Positions 20,945 through 31,799 of a stretch of 64,000 bases of DNA are shown here, in pieces. The position numbers were made by a program, and so were the translations under genes. Under the pieces are notes generated by a model. That model saw only the letters and a list, made by a program, of their open reading frames with translations, was not told the origin of the DNA and did not search any database. Each line of letters begins with the position of its first letter. Within the stretch, counting starts at the first letter, position 1. The DNA lies in NCBI GenBank assembly GCA_050331235.1, contig JBHJHA010000019.1, forward strand, positions 62,212 to 126,211, given 5' to 3'. This stretch comes from Leptolyngbyaceae cyanobacterium (GTDB taxonomy: Bacteria; Cyanobacteriota; Cyanobacteriia; Phormidesmidales; Phormidesmidaceae).

Positions 20945-21649
20945 ATGGCTAAAAAGACTCCCTCCCTCGATTTACCATCCTTTATTGCCTCCGCGACGGA
21001 GACAGCACGAGATGATGACGGCATGGCCCTACCTTCCACTTCAGTGTCGTATTCGGTAGATCGCACCTCAGGGACTGATCGCGCCGCTTTGCCCCTACTG
21101 CCCCGGGCAAACCGACCGACCTTTAGTAGTCATCGTAACGACGCGAATGCAGCCCTAGCGCTGGATTTGCTGGCAGATGTCCAAACTGCCATCGTCAGTT
21201 GGCACCAGGCTCTAAGAGAGACTTTGTTAGAAATTCAGAAACTCTATATGTCTGGGCCCATTATTGAGGGCTGGCTAGAAGCCATCCATTCGCACCCAGA
21301 TGAGATTGGGCTCGACCGGCAGGCCGCCCTACTGCGGCATGGTGATGCTGACCAAATTGCCGCATATGTTGACAAACTATCTCAACAGCCGGCTGCCGAT
21401 ACCGACCGGCCCAGTAGCCAGTATCGCCTATGCCGTTTAGATGCGGAAGGCCAAATGCAGTGCGAGCTTTGTCCTCCCGAGCAGTTAGGGGTAATCGGTC
21501 AGGCGATCGCCCGCAATCAGCAACTCCGTCAACTCGTCAGTCAAAAACAATATTTAGAAGTCAAGCTTAAGCGCGCCTCAGAAGCCTTAGAGGTGACTCG
21601 TCAAGCTCTGGATTTGAAGCGCGAACTCACCGACTCAACTCAAGCCTAA
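20945..21649 (+). CDS. conserved cyanobacterial hypothetical protein (coiled coil)
   Basis: Long ORF containing GPIIEGWLE and YRLCRLDAEG...CPPEQ blocks. Confidence 0.75.
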   Translation: MAKKTPSLDLPSFIASATETARDDDGMALPSTSVSYSVDRTSGTDRAALPLLPRANRPTFSSHRNDANAALALDLLADVQTAIVSWHQALRETLLEIQKLYMSGPIIEGWLEAIHSHPDEIGLDRQAALLRHGDADQIAAYVDKLSQQPAADTDRPSSQYRLCRLDAEGQMQCELCPPEQLGVIGQAIARNQQLRQLVSQKQYLEVKLKRASEALEVTRQALDLKRELTDSTQA

Positions 21650-21672
21650 ACCGAACGAATTGCCTCTTGTTG

Positions 21673-22308
21673 CTAGTTATTCAACGGCGGTCGCAGCGAA
21701 AGATAGGCCGTTAGCCCCAATAGTGGCACCACACTAAATAATGTAAACAGTTGCGAATTTTTGAGCCCCCGACGAGCCATATCGTCACCTAAAAGACTGG
21801 GCACCAACAGCCACAAAAGACAAAAGTCGAGACTCATCACGTGAATAAAGCGGCTAGTTTGCCACTGACGGACAAAGTCGGACCAGTCGCCCGCATAGGC
21901 ACCATAGCCCATAAGAACCGTAGCTCCGATGAAGAGACTCGCCCCTAACCAACGAGCGTCAACCAAGGCGAGTACTTTAGATTTTGATCCTTCGAAGATG
22001 GGATGAGGATAGCGCAAGATTAGATAGGGCAATAGCAAGAAAGCTCCTAAGCCAAACGAGCCAATCACGAAGGGCCAAGCGGATATTCGTTGTCCATGGC
22101 CATCAATTAAGGCTAGGCAAGCGTAGGCCATCGGCCAAATGCCCATCAGATTAAACAACGCCACAACCACAGGATTGATGCCAGCCCATTGCCCAGTCGC
22201 CAGATGTCGAATCAGCTGAGTCGTGTCAGGCTGATCGGGAGGAGCGAATTTGAACGCATAGACAATGAATCCAAGCCACAACGCTAATAAAATGATCCGG
22301 CGGGCCAT
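21673..22308 (-). CDS. DUF2834-like membrane protein
   Basis: LFNLMGIWP, FIHVMSLDF and DDMARRG; multiple TMs. Confidence 0.72.
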   Translation of the reverse strand: MARRIILLALWLGFIVYAFKFAPPDQPDTTQLIRHLATGQWAGINPVVVALFNLMGIWPMAYACLALIDGHGQRISAWPFVIGSFGLGAFLLLPYLILRYPHPIFEGSKSKVLALVDARWLGASLFIGATVLMGYGAYAGDWSDFVRQWQTSRFIHVMSLDFCLLWLLVPSLLGDDMARRGLKNSQLFTLFSVVPLLGLTAYLSLRPPLNN

Positions 22309-22711
22309 GAAATTGCTCGACTACTAAGTTTTTCTCTGAATTATCAATCAACTTAACAAAATCTTCTAATTCTCTCCAAGGCCCCGTACCGTATGAAGTG
22401 AAAGCAGTACGACTTATCTTCTTTGTTCAGCGATCGCGGCTGCTTCTGAGTCATCAGACTCTCAATTTACCCCGGTGTCTATTGCTCACGACCTTTTTAC
22501 CAAGTTCTTTTACCAAGCTCCAATGGTATGACGGCCCTTTAGTTAGGGTAACGTTGCGCTTAACGCCCGTTGATAATTGCATTGCTGCTCTGGTAACTAT
22601 CGCCAAAATTTATCGTTCTCTTCTCACGCTGCTCACTCTTTTAAGAAAGCAGATACCTCCCTTGACAGTGTTTTGCGCAACGACCGATTTGCGGCAGAGA
22701 GGCCCTCTACG

Positions 22712-23641
22712 ATGAATGCCAATTACTTATTTGAACTCTATGAATCCGGTTATCGAGACTTCGCCGGTATTCATCTTCACAATGTCGACCTGAAGCAGCG
22801 AATTTTGGTCGATGTCAATCTCCAGCAAGCGAGCTTGGCTAATGCCGACATCAGCCGGGCCTTTTTGACCAAGGCCAACCTCACGCATGCCAACCTCTAT
22901 CGCGCTAACGCTAGCTTTGCCAAACTCAGCGAGGCAAACTTGTGCCATGCCCACCTCAACAAGGCCAACCTGCGCGGCACCTTCATGGTGAAATCCGATT
23001 TATCTGGAGCGCAACTCAGCGGGGCTAATCTCAGCGGGGCCAATCTACGGGGAGCGTCTTTGCGGGGGGCCAATCTCTGCGGCTGCAATTTGCGGGGGGC
23101 TAATTTGCGGGGCGCTGACCTTCGTCATGCCAATTTATCCTGGGCCAACCTGAGCGGTGCCCGGCTCAGTGGAGCGGCTCTAGGACGGACGTTTTTAGAT
23201 GATGTCAATTTAGAAGGAGCTTATCTCAATGGCTTGAATCTTAGGGGCATGAACCTCAGCGGGACTAACTTGCAAGAGGCTAAACTCAACGGTGCACAGC
23301 TAGACTACGCCGATTTGACCGCTAGTAATTTAAGTTTTGCGACCCTGAGAGAAGCTAGTTTACAAGAAACCAACATGACTGGGGCCAATATCACAGGAGC
23401 AATTCTCTGGCGCGCTACGCTACGCGGTGCAAGGCTTGACCGAGCAGATGTATCTTTAGCTAATTTGGCCGGGGCAACCCTTGAGGCCTGCTCAATCGAA
23501 GGGGCCGAGTTTACCGATGCGATCCTACCTAAACGCGCCGAATCAGCCTTATATGCTAAAGCCAAAGGCAACAGCCGCTGGGGTCCTCAATCAACCCTAG
23601 AGACGTTACAGACTTCTCGGTTTGTTGAGCATCATTCATAA
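22712..23641 (+). CDS. pentapeptide repeat protein
   Basis: YESGYRDFAG N-terminus followed by many A(N/D)LxG repeats. Confidence 0.92.
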   Translation: MNANYLFELYESGYRDFAGIHLHNVDLKQRILVDVNLQQASLANADISRAFLTKANLTHANLYRANASFAKLSEANLCHAHLNKANLRGTFMVKSDLSGAQLSGANLSGANLRGASLRGANLCGCNLRGANLRGADLRHANLSWANLSGARLSGAALGRTFLDDVNLEGAYLNGLNLRGMNLSGTNLQEAKLNGAQLDYADLTASNLSFATLREASLQETNMTGANITGAILWRATLRGARLDRADVSLANLAGATLEACSIEGAEFTDAILPKRAESALYAKAKGNSRWGPQSTLETLQTSRFVEHHS

Positions 23642-23767
23642 CTTAGATTTCAAACTTTTAGAGCTCAGCAATGAGTTGTTTTTAGTTCACGGTTTATGCA
23701 TTCACCTAGCCCCGGTGAAATTGCTGTACCCGATTAGTTTGTAGACGATCGCCAGAGGACAGCCCCC

Positions 23768-24085
23768 TTGACAGACTATTGCATCATCTTAGTCACGGTT
23801 GACCAACAAAATATGGCTGAAGAAATTGCGCAGGCACTCATCAGTCATCGTTTGGCCGCCTGCGTCAACTTATTTCCCGTCCACTCTGTTTACACATGGG
23901 AAGGCCAGGTCGAGCAGGCCCCAGAATGGCAGTTGACCATCAAGACTGATGCTTCACTGTTTGAGGCTATTGAGCAAATGCTAGCGACTCTACACCCTTA
24001 TGATGTGCCGGAAATCATTGCCTTGCCTATACTTAAGGGCAATGCAGCCTATTTAGCTTGGCTGACCGACGTTACACATTCCTAA
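23768..24085 (+). CDS. cutA: divalent-cation tolerance protein CutA
   Basis: LAACVN, SVYTWEG and HPYDVPEII motifs. Confidence 0.93.
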   Translation: MTDYCIILVTVDQQNMAEEIAQALISHRLAACVNLFPVHSVYTWEGQVEQAPEWQLTIKTDASLFEAIEQMLATLHPYDVPEIIALPILKGNAAYLAWLTDVTHS

Positions 24086-24128
24086 GCTGAATTCCGTCCC
24101 TGGTAGCAGCGGTTAAAACTACCCAGCC

Positions 24129-25040
24129 CTAAAATTCCGAACCTGTCCCGCTGCTGTTAGTGTCTGAGGTCTCAGATCGCTGCAAACTTTCGGCTTTTTG
24201 CAAGGCCTGATCGCTATTTTGCTGATAAGTAGCAACCCGATCCTGAGCGATCGCGTAGTTTTCACTATCGGGGGGCACCTCTGACATGAGATCTGCTGCC
24301 CGCTGCCAGCGCGCGGCTAAATCCAACCATTCGGCGGAGGTCTCTGCCGCTTGACCATCAGCCACGGCTTGCTGCGCTAACCGTACGGCCTGGCTAAACG
24401 CCGCTTGTGCGGAGGTCGCCGCAGTCGAATTAACATTGTCATTTCCCCCCGCCACGGTTGTGGGGGTGCCGTTATCTGCCGTAGCCCAAGTAATGCCCAA
24501 ACGGTGTTTGAGCACCCAACCCAGCAGCAATAGCAGTAGGCAAAGGCTCGCGCCGCCTACTAATCCCCGCACAAAGTACTTTTGGCTCAGTTGGTTTTTC
24601 TTAGCGTCCGGAACTACAATCTCACTCCGCGACTTTGGCTGTTGCCAATCGCGCCACACTCGCACAAACGGGTTAGGCTGCTTGAGCTTGATGAGCTCTG
24701 ACCAAAGCAACTGGTTTTCGGGATCGCGGGTAATTTCTTCAAACCACAGGAGCTGCTGTTCGCGAACGATGCGGCTATTGATATTGACCTTACGAATGCC
24801 TCGCGGAGAGAGGTCTTCAAGGATGGTACGCACCCGATCAACCACAGTGTCCTGCTGGAGTTGTTCAGCGGTAGGAGCCTCACACAGCAATTGGAGGATG
24901 CCATCTGCCAAAATGGCCCGGGTTCTGATTTGTGCATCCCCAAGGCGCTCATTCAAAATTTGAATAATTGCCGCTACGCTACCCTGGCGCGCTTGACCCA
25001 GGATGTCATTGACCGAAGAATTCGTTTGAGCCGTTTGCAT
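24129..25040 (-). CDS. conserved cyanobacterial hypothetical protein, single TM
   Basis: QARQGSVAAIIQILN, EQQLLWFEEI, a TM segment and a C-terminal helical WQRAADLM domain. Confidence 0.78.
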   Translation of the reverse strand: MQTAQTNSSVNDILGQARQGSVAAIIQILNERLGDAQIRTRAILADGILQLLCEAPTAEQLQQDTVVDRVRTILEDLSPRGIRKVNINSRIVREQQLLWFEEITRDPENQLLWSELIKLKQPNPFVRVWRDWQQPKSRSEIVVPDAKKNQLSQKYFVRGLVGGASLCLLLLLLGWVLKHRLGITWATADNGTPTTVAGGNDNVNSTAATSAQAAFSQAVRLAQQAVADGQAAETSAEWLDLAARWQRAADLMSEVPPDSENYAIAQDRVATYQQNSDQALQKAESLQRSETSDTNSSGTGSEF

Positions 25041-25325
25041 AGCTGGCAGGCACACTCAACAAAGTAAAGATCAGTTTAGCTCTTATCTTGAAATTCTCAA
25101 TCTCCTCTACGAAAAAATATTTACTAAAAGGGATTCACTATCTAAAAAAGTTAGTTAATCACGCTCAGCTCAATTCCTGTACAAGCATCAATAGTTTACC
25201 AATAGCTTAGGAGAACAACGGATCCCTAGCATTTTTATCTAAAGCGGCGTTGGTGAAAACCCATTTTGGCATCTTTGGGTGACCGCCTAAATTGTCACCC
25301 TAATCTTTCGTATATCTTCCTTCAG

Positions 25326-25431
25326 CCTAAGAACGACCCCCGAGCAGTCGCTCATGAGTCAACCAGCAAAGGGCAGCCGCAATCCGGGTTTCAGGGAGGA
25401 AAATCTTGCGTAATTAATGTTAGTTCTTAGG
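25326..25431. mobile_element. possible MITE/IS-end remnant bounded by 9-bp inverted repeats
   Basis: CCTAAGAAC (25326-25334) and GTTCTTAGG (25423-25431); no transposase. Confidence 0.3.
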
Positions 25432-25479
25432 GTATTCAATGATGTCCTTCGAAGCGATAGATCGAGCTATGGCGACAAT

Positions 25480-26085
25480 TTCGCAATGCCTCATCAGTTT
25501 CAGTTTGTACGCTGAATATCGCTCCTCACGTCTTGTGAGTACTGGCGGTATTCCACACCGCCGAGCGGCTAGCACGGTCGAAGTTTTCACAGGAGCCGAT
25601 GCAGTTGACGATGACCGTGGGCATCTGATGCTCCCGGGCAATCTAACCCATCCGTTGGCTGATTGCTGCATGCCTGCGGCACTTTACCGGGGTGAGCCAT
25701 GAGCACTGTCCTGTTGTCTCCGCTAACACCAAAAGGGCCGTTCATCAGCGTGCAAGTATTGCTTGAGGTAGACCTGCGGGGTCTGTGGGGATGACAAAGG
25801 ACTAGACCGACGACCAACCCCGTGACCTTGCACCACGGGTAAACCAACACCAATGATGAGCTCATGGCGATCAGCCCATTACTGCAGCGATCGCAGTTGG
25901 GCATCAGCGGGCGTCATTGCCAATGCTGCCGCCCACGAGGGCTGATATCCAGGAATCGACAATTCGGGAACAATCACCGCATCCGCTTGAAATTCTGCCG
26001 CCGGGTCAATCTATTGATGGTGAAAAATTACGTTGGTCGCAATGTCACCGTTGCTTGATCGGATTCGGGCAACCCCTAGTCTCAT
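25480..26085 (-). pseudogene. decayed carbon-nitrogen hydrolase (nitrilase superfamily)
   Basis: Manual translation from ATG 26085: MRLGVARIRSSNGDIATN...Q*IDPAAEFQADAVIVPELSIPGY...LQ*WADRHELIIGVGLP...YLKQYLHADERPF. Further down, IAREHQMPTVIVNCIGSCENF...SAVWN. In-frame stops at 26011-26013 and 25879-25881, plus frameshifts. 3' boundary approximate. Confidence 0.8.
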
Positions 26086-26091
26086 CAGCTT

Positions 26092-27513
26092 CTAGGTCAT
26101 CTTGGCCGCTAATTTACCTGTCGTTTCTACTCGACAGAGATAGGTAATCAGTGCGGCCAAACTGCAGCATCCCGCTAACGCGAGCAATAGCGCAGCCGTG
26201 CCCCAGGATGACTCTAAGATCGGAAGCACAAAGGTGCCGATTACGGCACCCGCTTTGGCGATCGCCGCTGCCAATCCAGCTCCACTCGCCCGAATTGCCG
26301 TGGGAAAAACCTCCCCAGACAGCAAAAAGGTAGTGGAATTGGGACCGGCATTCATCAATAAATTGAAAATCAAAAAGCCCGCAAATACCAGCACTAAACT
26401 ATGGGATGTTGAAGCTGGCAAGCGACTGGCATAGGCCAAAACGCCCAACCCTAGAGCCATTCCCAGGAAGCCAATAATCTGCAACCGAATCCGCCCAAGC
26501 TTTTCTACGAGCCAGATAGCCAGCAAAAAGCCCGCAATCAAAAATAGATCGACAAAGGCTGATCCCTTTGCCGAAGCCATTTCACGCATCATAAAATGGT
26601 CTGTGCCGCTAAAGGCGATCGCCCCGATGATCGTCGGGGTGAAAATACCAATACCGTAGGTTGCAATGTCCTGCAAAAACCAGGGCACCGACGCTAGCAA
26701 AGTTCGGCGACGGTATGGCGCTTGGAACAGCGCAGCGTAGGTTACAGACGGCTCGGCATTAGCAGGATCATGGTCAGCCGTCAGCGTGATCGGCTTGCCC
26801 AACAGCTGGGTCGCCGCCTCAGAGGCTTGGGCATAACCACCTCGGCTGAGGTAATAGCGAGGACTTTCTAAACTGAAACGCAGCCGCACCAGCGCTACAG
26901 CGATCGCTAACAGCACTCCTATACCTAACATCCAGCGCCAGGCATACTGAATCGCCATTTGATCCATATCTGGATAGAACACCTGAAAGGCTCGAATCAC
27001 CACCAATCCTGTCACGGCTCCTAACAAGGCCCCCACAGCTTGAAATGTGAAGGCCCCAATCACCATGCGGCCCCGGTGGCGCGCGGGGATATTTTCCGTA
27101 ATGTAGGAAACGCTGATGGGATAGTCAGCCCCAATGCCCACCCCCACCAAAAACCGAAAGCAAATCAATGAAGTCGCATCCCAGGCCAGGGCAGTTCCCG
27201 CTGTCGCGAAGACAAAAATGGCCACATCCACAATCAGCATGAGCTGTCGCCCTACCCGATCGGTAATCGGCCCCAGCAGCAACGAGCCCACCAAAGCCCC
27301 AGCGACCGCTGCCGTTGCGATCGCCCCGATCTCCGTAGGGCCTAAGCCAAAGTCTCGTTCTAGAAAGGGAATCGCCACACCAATGATAAAAAAGTCGAAA
27401 CCATCGAGGGCAATCAATCCTGCCGACAATAACCAGAGCAGCCACATGGTGCCTGTGAGCGGAGAGGCCTCTAACTCTTCTTCAAAGCTCGCAGGAGCCG
27501 GCGTGATCGTCAT
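26092..27513 (-). CDS. MFS transporter (sugar porter/phosphate:H+ symporter-like)
   Basis: DGFDFF, DRVGRQ, GIGADYP, ESPR and EVFPTAIRASG motifs. Confidence 0.92.
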   Translation of the reverse strand: MTITPAPASFEEELEASPLTGTMWLLWLLSAGLIALDGFDFFIIGVAIPFLERDFGLGPTEIGAIATAAVAGALVGSLLLGPITDRVGRQLMLIVDVAIFVFATAGTALAWDATSLICFRFLVGVGIGADYPISVSYITENIPARHRGRMVIGAFTFQAVGALLGAVTGLVVIRAFQVFYPDMDQMAIQYAWRWMLGIGVLLAIAVALVRLRFSLESPRYYLSRGGYAQASEAATQLLGKPITLTADHDPANAEPSVTYAALFQAPYRRRTLLASVPWFLQDIATYGIGIFTPTIIGAIAFSGTDHFMMREMASAKGSAFVDLFLIAGFLLAIWLVEKLGRIRLQIIGFLGMALGLGVLAYASRLPASTSHSLVLVFAGFLIFNLLMNAGPNSTTFLLSGEVFPTAIRASGAGLAAAIAKAGAVIGTFVLPILESSWGTAALLLALAGCCSLAALITYLCRVETTGKLAAKMT

Positions 27514-27764
27514 GGCTTTCTTCCTTTCCCATTTAAGCGGGCTTGATATATGCGATCGCCGTGCTGCCCAGATTAACAACTCGGTTTAAGACGTCATAAC
27601 CCGGTCAACAACCGCTGTGCAAAGTTGCCCGCGACCCATTGTTGACAGTAGCCTATCGCCTGTTGCCCAGGCTAAATGTAGCCTCTAACTACATCTGCAG
27701 TTGCCCATCGAGATGATATTCGGTCATGGAGTTATTGACAGCCACACAGCAGTCTCGGCAGTGC

Positions 27765-28028
27765 CTAGGAGACATCGCCCCCAGCCGCTTGCTCTTCAGC
27801 TTCAATTTTCTCCCGGGTTTCTCCCCAGTAGGCACTGACGGTGATGACTTCTTGATCGCCTTCAATTTCGGATCTCCAACGATAAATGGTGTTTTTAGGA
27901 TTCACACCTACTTCGATGAGTTTGGCCCCCATGTAGTAAGTCATCGAGTCCCGAGTGCGCTGCTTAAAAAACTCTGACTGATTTTTGGGCACCGTGCGCG
28001 ATAGGTGTGCCTGCGTATGTTTGGCCAT
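27765..28028 (-). CDS. small cyanobacterial hypothetical protein
   Basis: 87 aa MAKHTQAHLSRTV...YYMGAKLIEVGVNP...SAYWG with coding-like composition. Confidence 0.7.
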   Translation of the reverse strand: MAKHTQAHLSRTVPKNQSEFFKQRTRDSMTYYMGAKLIEVGVNPKNTIYRWRSEIEGDQEVITVSAYWGETREKIEAEEQAAGGDVS

Positions 28029-28214
28029 GGGTGTCGATCTATAAGAATTAATCATTCATCTTAAACAGATCTGCTACGAGCCCTCAATTGGCTGTTGTCG
28101 ATGAGCCGATTTCAGATGAATATTTCTCACGGTACAGTCCTTAACCGGCTTCCCTGGTCAAATTGCGATCAAACGAATCAATTGGTTTAGTCTAAGACTG
28201 CGTTTGAATCGTCC

Positions 28215-29966
28215 TTGAGAACCGCTGTGCAACTTTCCCATTTCCGCCCCCTATTATCTGTCGTCGATCAAATTCGCCGCTATGGGCGGCGTGGCCTCAT
28301 CTTTCTCTGCGTTGGTGTGGTGTGTTTACTCATGCAGTCCTGGTCAGTTACTGTCCTAGCCCAGACCGCTTCTCCAGAGACAGACACCACTCCTTCTGCT
28401 GGTCAAGTCAGGCTGGATAATGAACTGTTATTTACCCTTGATGACCGCTCATTGGCAGATTCGGTAGAGGTTCGCGCAGAGCGCATTTCTCAGCGGATTC
28501 ATGCCGTCGCAAATAATCCAGCCATTGCCGTCGACGACATTGACACGACTCAAACCGAATTTGGTGAGGCAATTTTTGTTGAAGACACCATTTTGTTCGT
28601 GATTAGCGATGTTGACGCGATGGGCACAGACTCCACCCCAGAAGCCCTCGCTGAGCAATATGCCGATGTTCTCCGCACTGAAATCACCGACTACCGGGCC
28701 GAGCGCAGTGCCGAGTACTTGACACGGGCCACTATTATTGCGGTCGTTTGCACCCTAGGCTTGATGTTGGCGATTGCCATTCTCGCTAATGCCATGCCCC
28801 AGTTTTATCGCTGGCTTGACCGGCAACAAGACCGATGGATTCCTAACGTTCGTGTACAAAATTTTGAGCTCCTCACCGCCTATCAGCTCACTGGCATTGT
28901 GCAGTTTTTCACTCAGATACTGCACTTTTTCCTCGTACTGGGGCTGATTTTGTTTTACCTGTCCTATGTGCTGAGCCTGTTTCCACAAACCCGCAACCTA
29001 GGACAGGGGGTGTTTGGCTATTTTTGGCGCGCCGTTCAAATCATCTGGGACGGCTTTATCAACTTTTTGCCCAACCTGTTGACCATTATCATCATCGTTT
29101 TTGCGGCTTCAGTAGTGTTGCGCTTCGTACGGTGGATCTTTGCCAACATCCGTCGGGGTCGATTGAGGATCCAAGGCTTTTACCCAGAATGGGCGATGCC
29201 GACCTTTCGGCTGACCCAGTTTTTGATTATTGCCTTTGCCCTGGCCGTCATTTTTCCATATCTTCCGGGGGCCAATTCACCAGCCTTTCAGGGCGTCTCA
29301 ATTTTTGTGGGGCTACTGGTGTCACTAGGGGCCGGGGGCGCTATTTTTAGCATCGTGGCGGGCTTCATTTTGGTTTACACCCGCGCTTTTATGGAAGGCG
29401 ATCGCATTCGCTTTGACGATATCGAGGGCTTTGTGACGGAAAAATCACTGTTTGTCACTCGCCTCCGCACCGTCGAAAACAGCTTGATCAGCGTGCCAAA
29501 CACTTCACTATTGGCCGGCAAAATCATCAACTACACAGCACTCATTCGAGAACAGCAAACCCCCTTAATCCTCAAAACGACCATTACGCTTGGCTACGAC
29601 GTACCTTGGCAATTGGTGCACCAAACGTTGATCGAGGCGGCGATCGCCACCTCCTACGTGCTCCAAGAGCCGGCTCCCAACGTTTGGCAAACCTCGTTAG
29701 ACGACTTTTATGTCAGCTATCAGCTACGCGCAGCGACCCTCCATCCAGACCAGCTCGACGCGATCTATTCCGAACTGCACCAAAATCTTCAGGACTCTTG
29801 CAATCAAGCTGGTATCGAAATCCTGTCGCCCCATTATGGCGCGATGCGAGATGGCAGCCAAACAACGATTCCAGCTAACTACTTACCCAACGATTACGCG
29901 CCGCCCCCATGGCAAATTACCGCACAGTGGCAGCCCCCTAAGTCAGAAAACCAGTCCGGAAAATAG
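28215..29966 (+). CDS. MscS family mechanosensitive channel with periplasmic N-terminal domain
   Basis: FPYLPG...FQGVSIF, GDRI, ITLGYDVPW and GIEILSPHY motifs; start uncertain. Confidence 0.9.
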   Translation: MRTAVQLSHFRPLLSVVDQIRRYGRRGLIFLCVGVVCLLMQSWSVTVLAQTASPETDTTPSAGQVRLDNELLFTLDDRSLADSVEVRAERISQRIHAVANNPAIAVDDIDTTQTEFGEAIFVEDTILFVISDVDAMGTDSTPEALAEQYADVLRTEITDYRAERSAEYLTRATIIAVVCTLGLMLAIAILANAMPQFYRWLDRQQDRWIPNVRVQNFELLTAYQLTGIVQFFTQILHFFLVLGLILFYLSYVLSLFPQTRNLGQGVFGYFWRAVQIIWDGFINFLPNLLTIIIIVFAASVVLRFVRWIFANIRRGRLRIQGFYPEWAMPTFRLTQFLIIAFALAVIFPYLPGANSPAFQGVSIFVGLLVSLGAGGAIFSIVAGFILVYTRAFMEGDRIRFDDIEGFVTEKSLFVTRLRTVENSLISVPNTSLLAGKIINYTALIREQQTPLILKTTITLGYDVPWQLVHQTLIEAAIATSYVLQEPAPNVWQTSLDDFYVSYQLRAATLHPDQLDAIYSELHQNLQDSCNQAGIEILSPHYGAMRDGSQTTIPANYLPNDYAPPPWQITAQWQPPKSENQSGK

Positions 29967-30026
29967 TAGCCTGCTAGCACAAGCGTCGGGCAGTTGTCTC
30001 CGACCCTTGAGTTGCCGCCCGCAAAC

Positions 30027-31532
30027 TCAAACAGATGCTGCCGTTTCAAACTTGAGCTTAGACCGTTTGTAAGGATCAGGAATATCCATGGGGTAGTTGC
30101 CCGTAAAGCAGGCCGAACAAAAACTGTTGGGATCCTGATTAGTCGCCTTGAGCATTCCTTCCCAACTGAGATAGGCCAGCGAATCGACGCCAATCTTGTC
30201 AGAAATATCAGCGATCGACAGATTGGCCGCAATCAGCTGATCTTGATCGTCGGTGTCAATACCAAAAAAGCAAGGATGCGTCACTGGCGGCGATGAAATT
30301 CGCATATGGACTTCGACGGCGCCCGCCTCCCGCAGGGCCTTGACAATTTTATAGCTGGTAGTTCCCCGTACGATAGAGTCATCCACAATTAGGATGCGCT
30401 TACCGTTCAAAACATCTTTGAGCGGATTGAGCTTCATGCGAATGCCGACTTCACGCATTGACTGGGTAGGCTGTATAAAGGTACGACCCACGTATCGATT
30501 TTTAATTAAGCCCTCGGCGTAGGGAATACGAGACTGCTGAGAAAACCCGATCGCAGCCGGCACCCCCGAGTCTGGTACCGCCATGATGAGATCAACCTTT
30601 GCCGGGGCCTCACGGGCCAGTTCTTGCCCTAGCCGCATGCGATAGGTGTAAAGCGTTTCTTCGTTGACCACGCTATCAGGGCGTGAAAAATAAATCATTT
30701 CAAATACACAGAGCTTACGATTAGCTTCTGTATGCCACTGCACGGAACTGATCCCAGACTCCGTAATCCACACCAACTCACCAGGCGCAATATCGCGCAC
30801 ATAGTCGGCTCCGATGATGTCTAAACCGCAGGTTTCAGAAGACAACACATAATTGGCAGGTCCATCTGGTTGGTCTGGTCGATCGCCCAAAACCCCCAAC
30901 ACTAAAGGACGAATCCCTAATGGATCGCGCGCGCCGATAATCCCCGCTGGGGTGCCAATGACTAAGCTAAAAGCCCCCTGGCACCGCTTAAATGCAGAGA
31001 TCGCTCCGCTGATCCATCCTTGGCCCGCCTCGACTGCCTCCGCCATGGCATAGGCGATCAACTCGGTGTCGGCAGTGCCCACAAAGTCATGACCGTTATT
31101 GTGGAGCTCGACTTTCAGCTCTGCCGCGTTCACCACGTTGCCGTTGTGGGCCAGGGCGATATCGCCAAAGCGCGTCGGCGCGATCGCGGGCTGAGCATTG
31201 GCCAGATGGCTTGAACCGGTAGTGGAGTAGCGCGTATGGCCGATCGCATACTGGCCCGGTAACTCCTGGAGCTTGCTGTCGTCAAATACCTGCGAGACCA
31301 AGCCCATGTGCTTATAAACATGCAGCTCGCCTCGGTCAAAGGTAGCAATGCCCGCAGATTCTTGGCCCCGATGCTGCAGGGCAAAGAGCCCAAAGTATGA
31401 CAGCGTCGCCACCGCCTCATCGGGGGCGTAAATACCAAACACACCGCAAGCTTCTTCAGGCTTGTCAGGGCGAGAGTCCTCAACGGCGAGCAGCGGATGG
31501 TTGTCCGCAGGGGAGGGCGATCGCAAATTCAT
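30027..31532 (-). CDS. purF: amidophosphoribosyltransferase
   Basis: EACGVFG, QHRGQESAG, VDDSIVRGTT and CSACF motifs. Confidence 0.97.
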   Translation of the reverse strand: MNLRSPSPADNHPLLAVEDSRPDKPEEACGVFGIYAPDEAVATLSYFGLFALQHRGQESAGIATFDRGELHVYKHMGLVSQVFDDSKLQELPGQYAIGHTRYSTTGSSHLANAQPAIAPTRFGDIALAHNGNVVNAAELKVELHNNGHDFVGTADTELIAYAMAEAVEAGQGWISGAISAFKRCQGAFSLVIGTPAGIIGARDPLGIRPLVLGVLGDRPDQPDGPANYVLSSETCGLDIIGADYVRDIAPGELVWITESGISSVQWHTEANRKLCVFEMIYFSRPDSVVNEETLYTYRMRLGQELAREAPAKVDLIMAVPDSGVPAAIGFSQQSRIPYAEGLIKNRYVGRTFIQPTQSMREVGIRMKLNPLKDVLNGKRILIVDDSIVRGTTSYKIVKALREAGAVEVHMRISSPPVTHPCFFGIDTDDQDQLIAANLSIADISDKIGVDSLAYLSWEGMLKATNQDPNSFCSACFTGNYPMDIPDPYKRSKLKFETAASV

Positions 31533-31799
31533 GATCGAATGGCGGCTCCGATTGAGATTGAGTAGATTGGTGAAAACCTGAAAACGAGGGCAGCCTGAGG
31601 ACATGGCTCAAAGACACCCCTATATTTTCATGATAAAGCGTTAAACTCAGAAACCACCGAGGAAAATTCCCGAAACTTTCCCGAAACTTAACGCCTTCTT
31701 AATCCGACTAAATCTTATCATTCCCTGATACATTCGGGGGATCGTCCAACTGGACAAAGATGCTCGCTCTTGACCGTGACTTCTCAGGGGCTCTGAGCA

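Noticed and set aside
22712..23641. Periodic DNA repeats resembling an array
   Set aside because: Explained by the 15-nt periodicity of pentapeptide-repeat coding; not CRISPR.
25330..25420. Possible c-di-GMP or SAM riboswitch
   Set aside because: Conserved core motifs do not match, and no suitable downstream gene on that strand.
25439..26147. Short ORFs 25439-25702, 25587-25904, 25864-26058 and 25917-26147
   Set aside because: They are off-frame or antisense pieces of the nitrilase pseudogene.
27678..27692. GTA...TAC palindrome upstream of the MFS gene as an NtcA site
   Set aside because: The spacer is 9 nt rather than 8.
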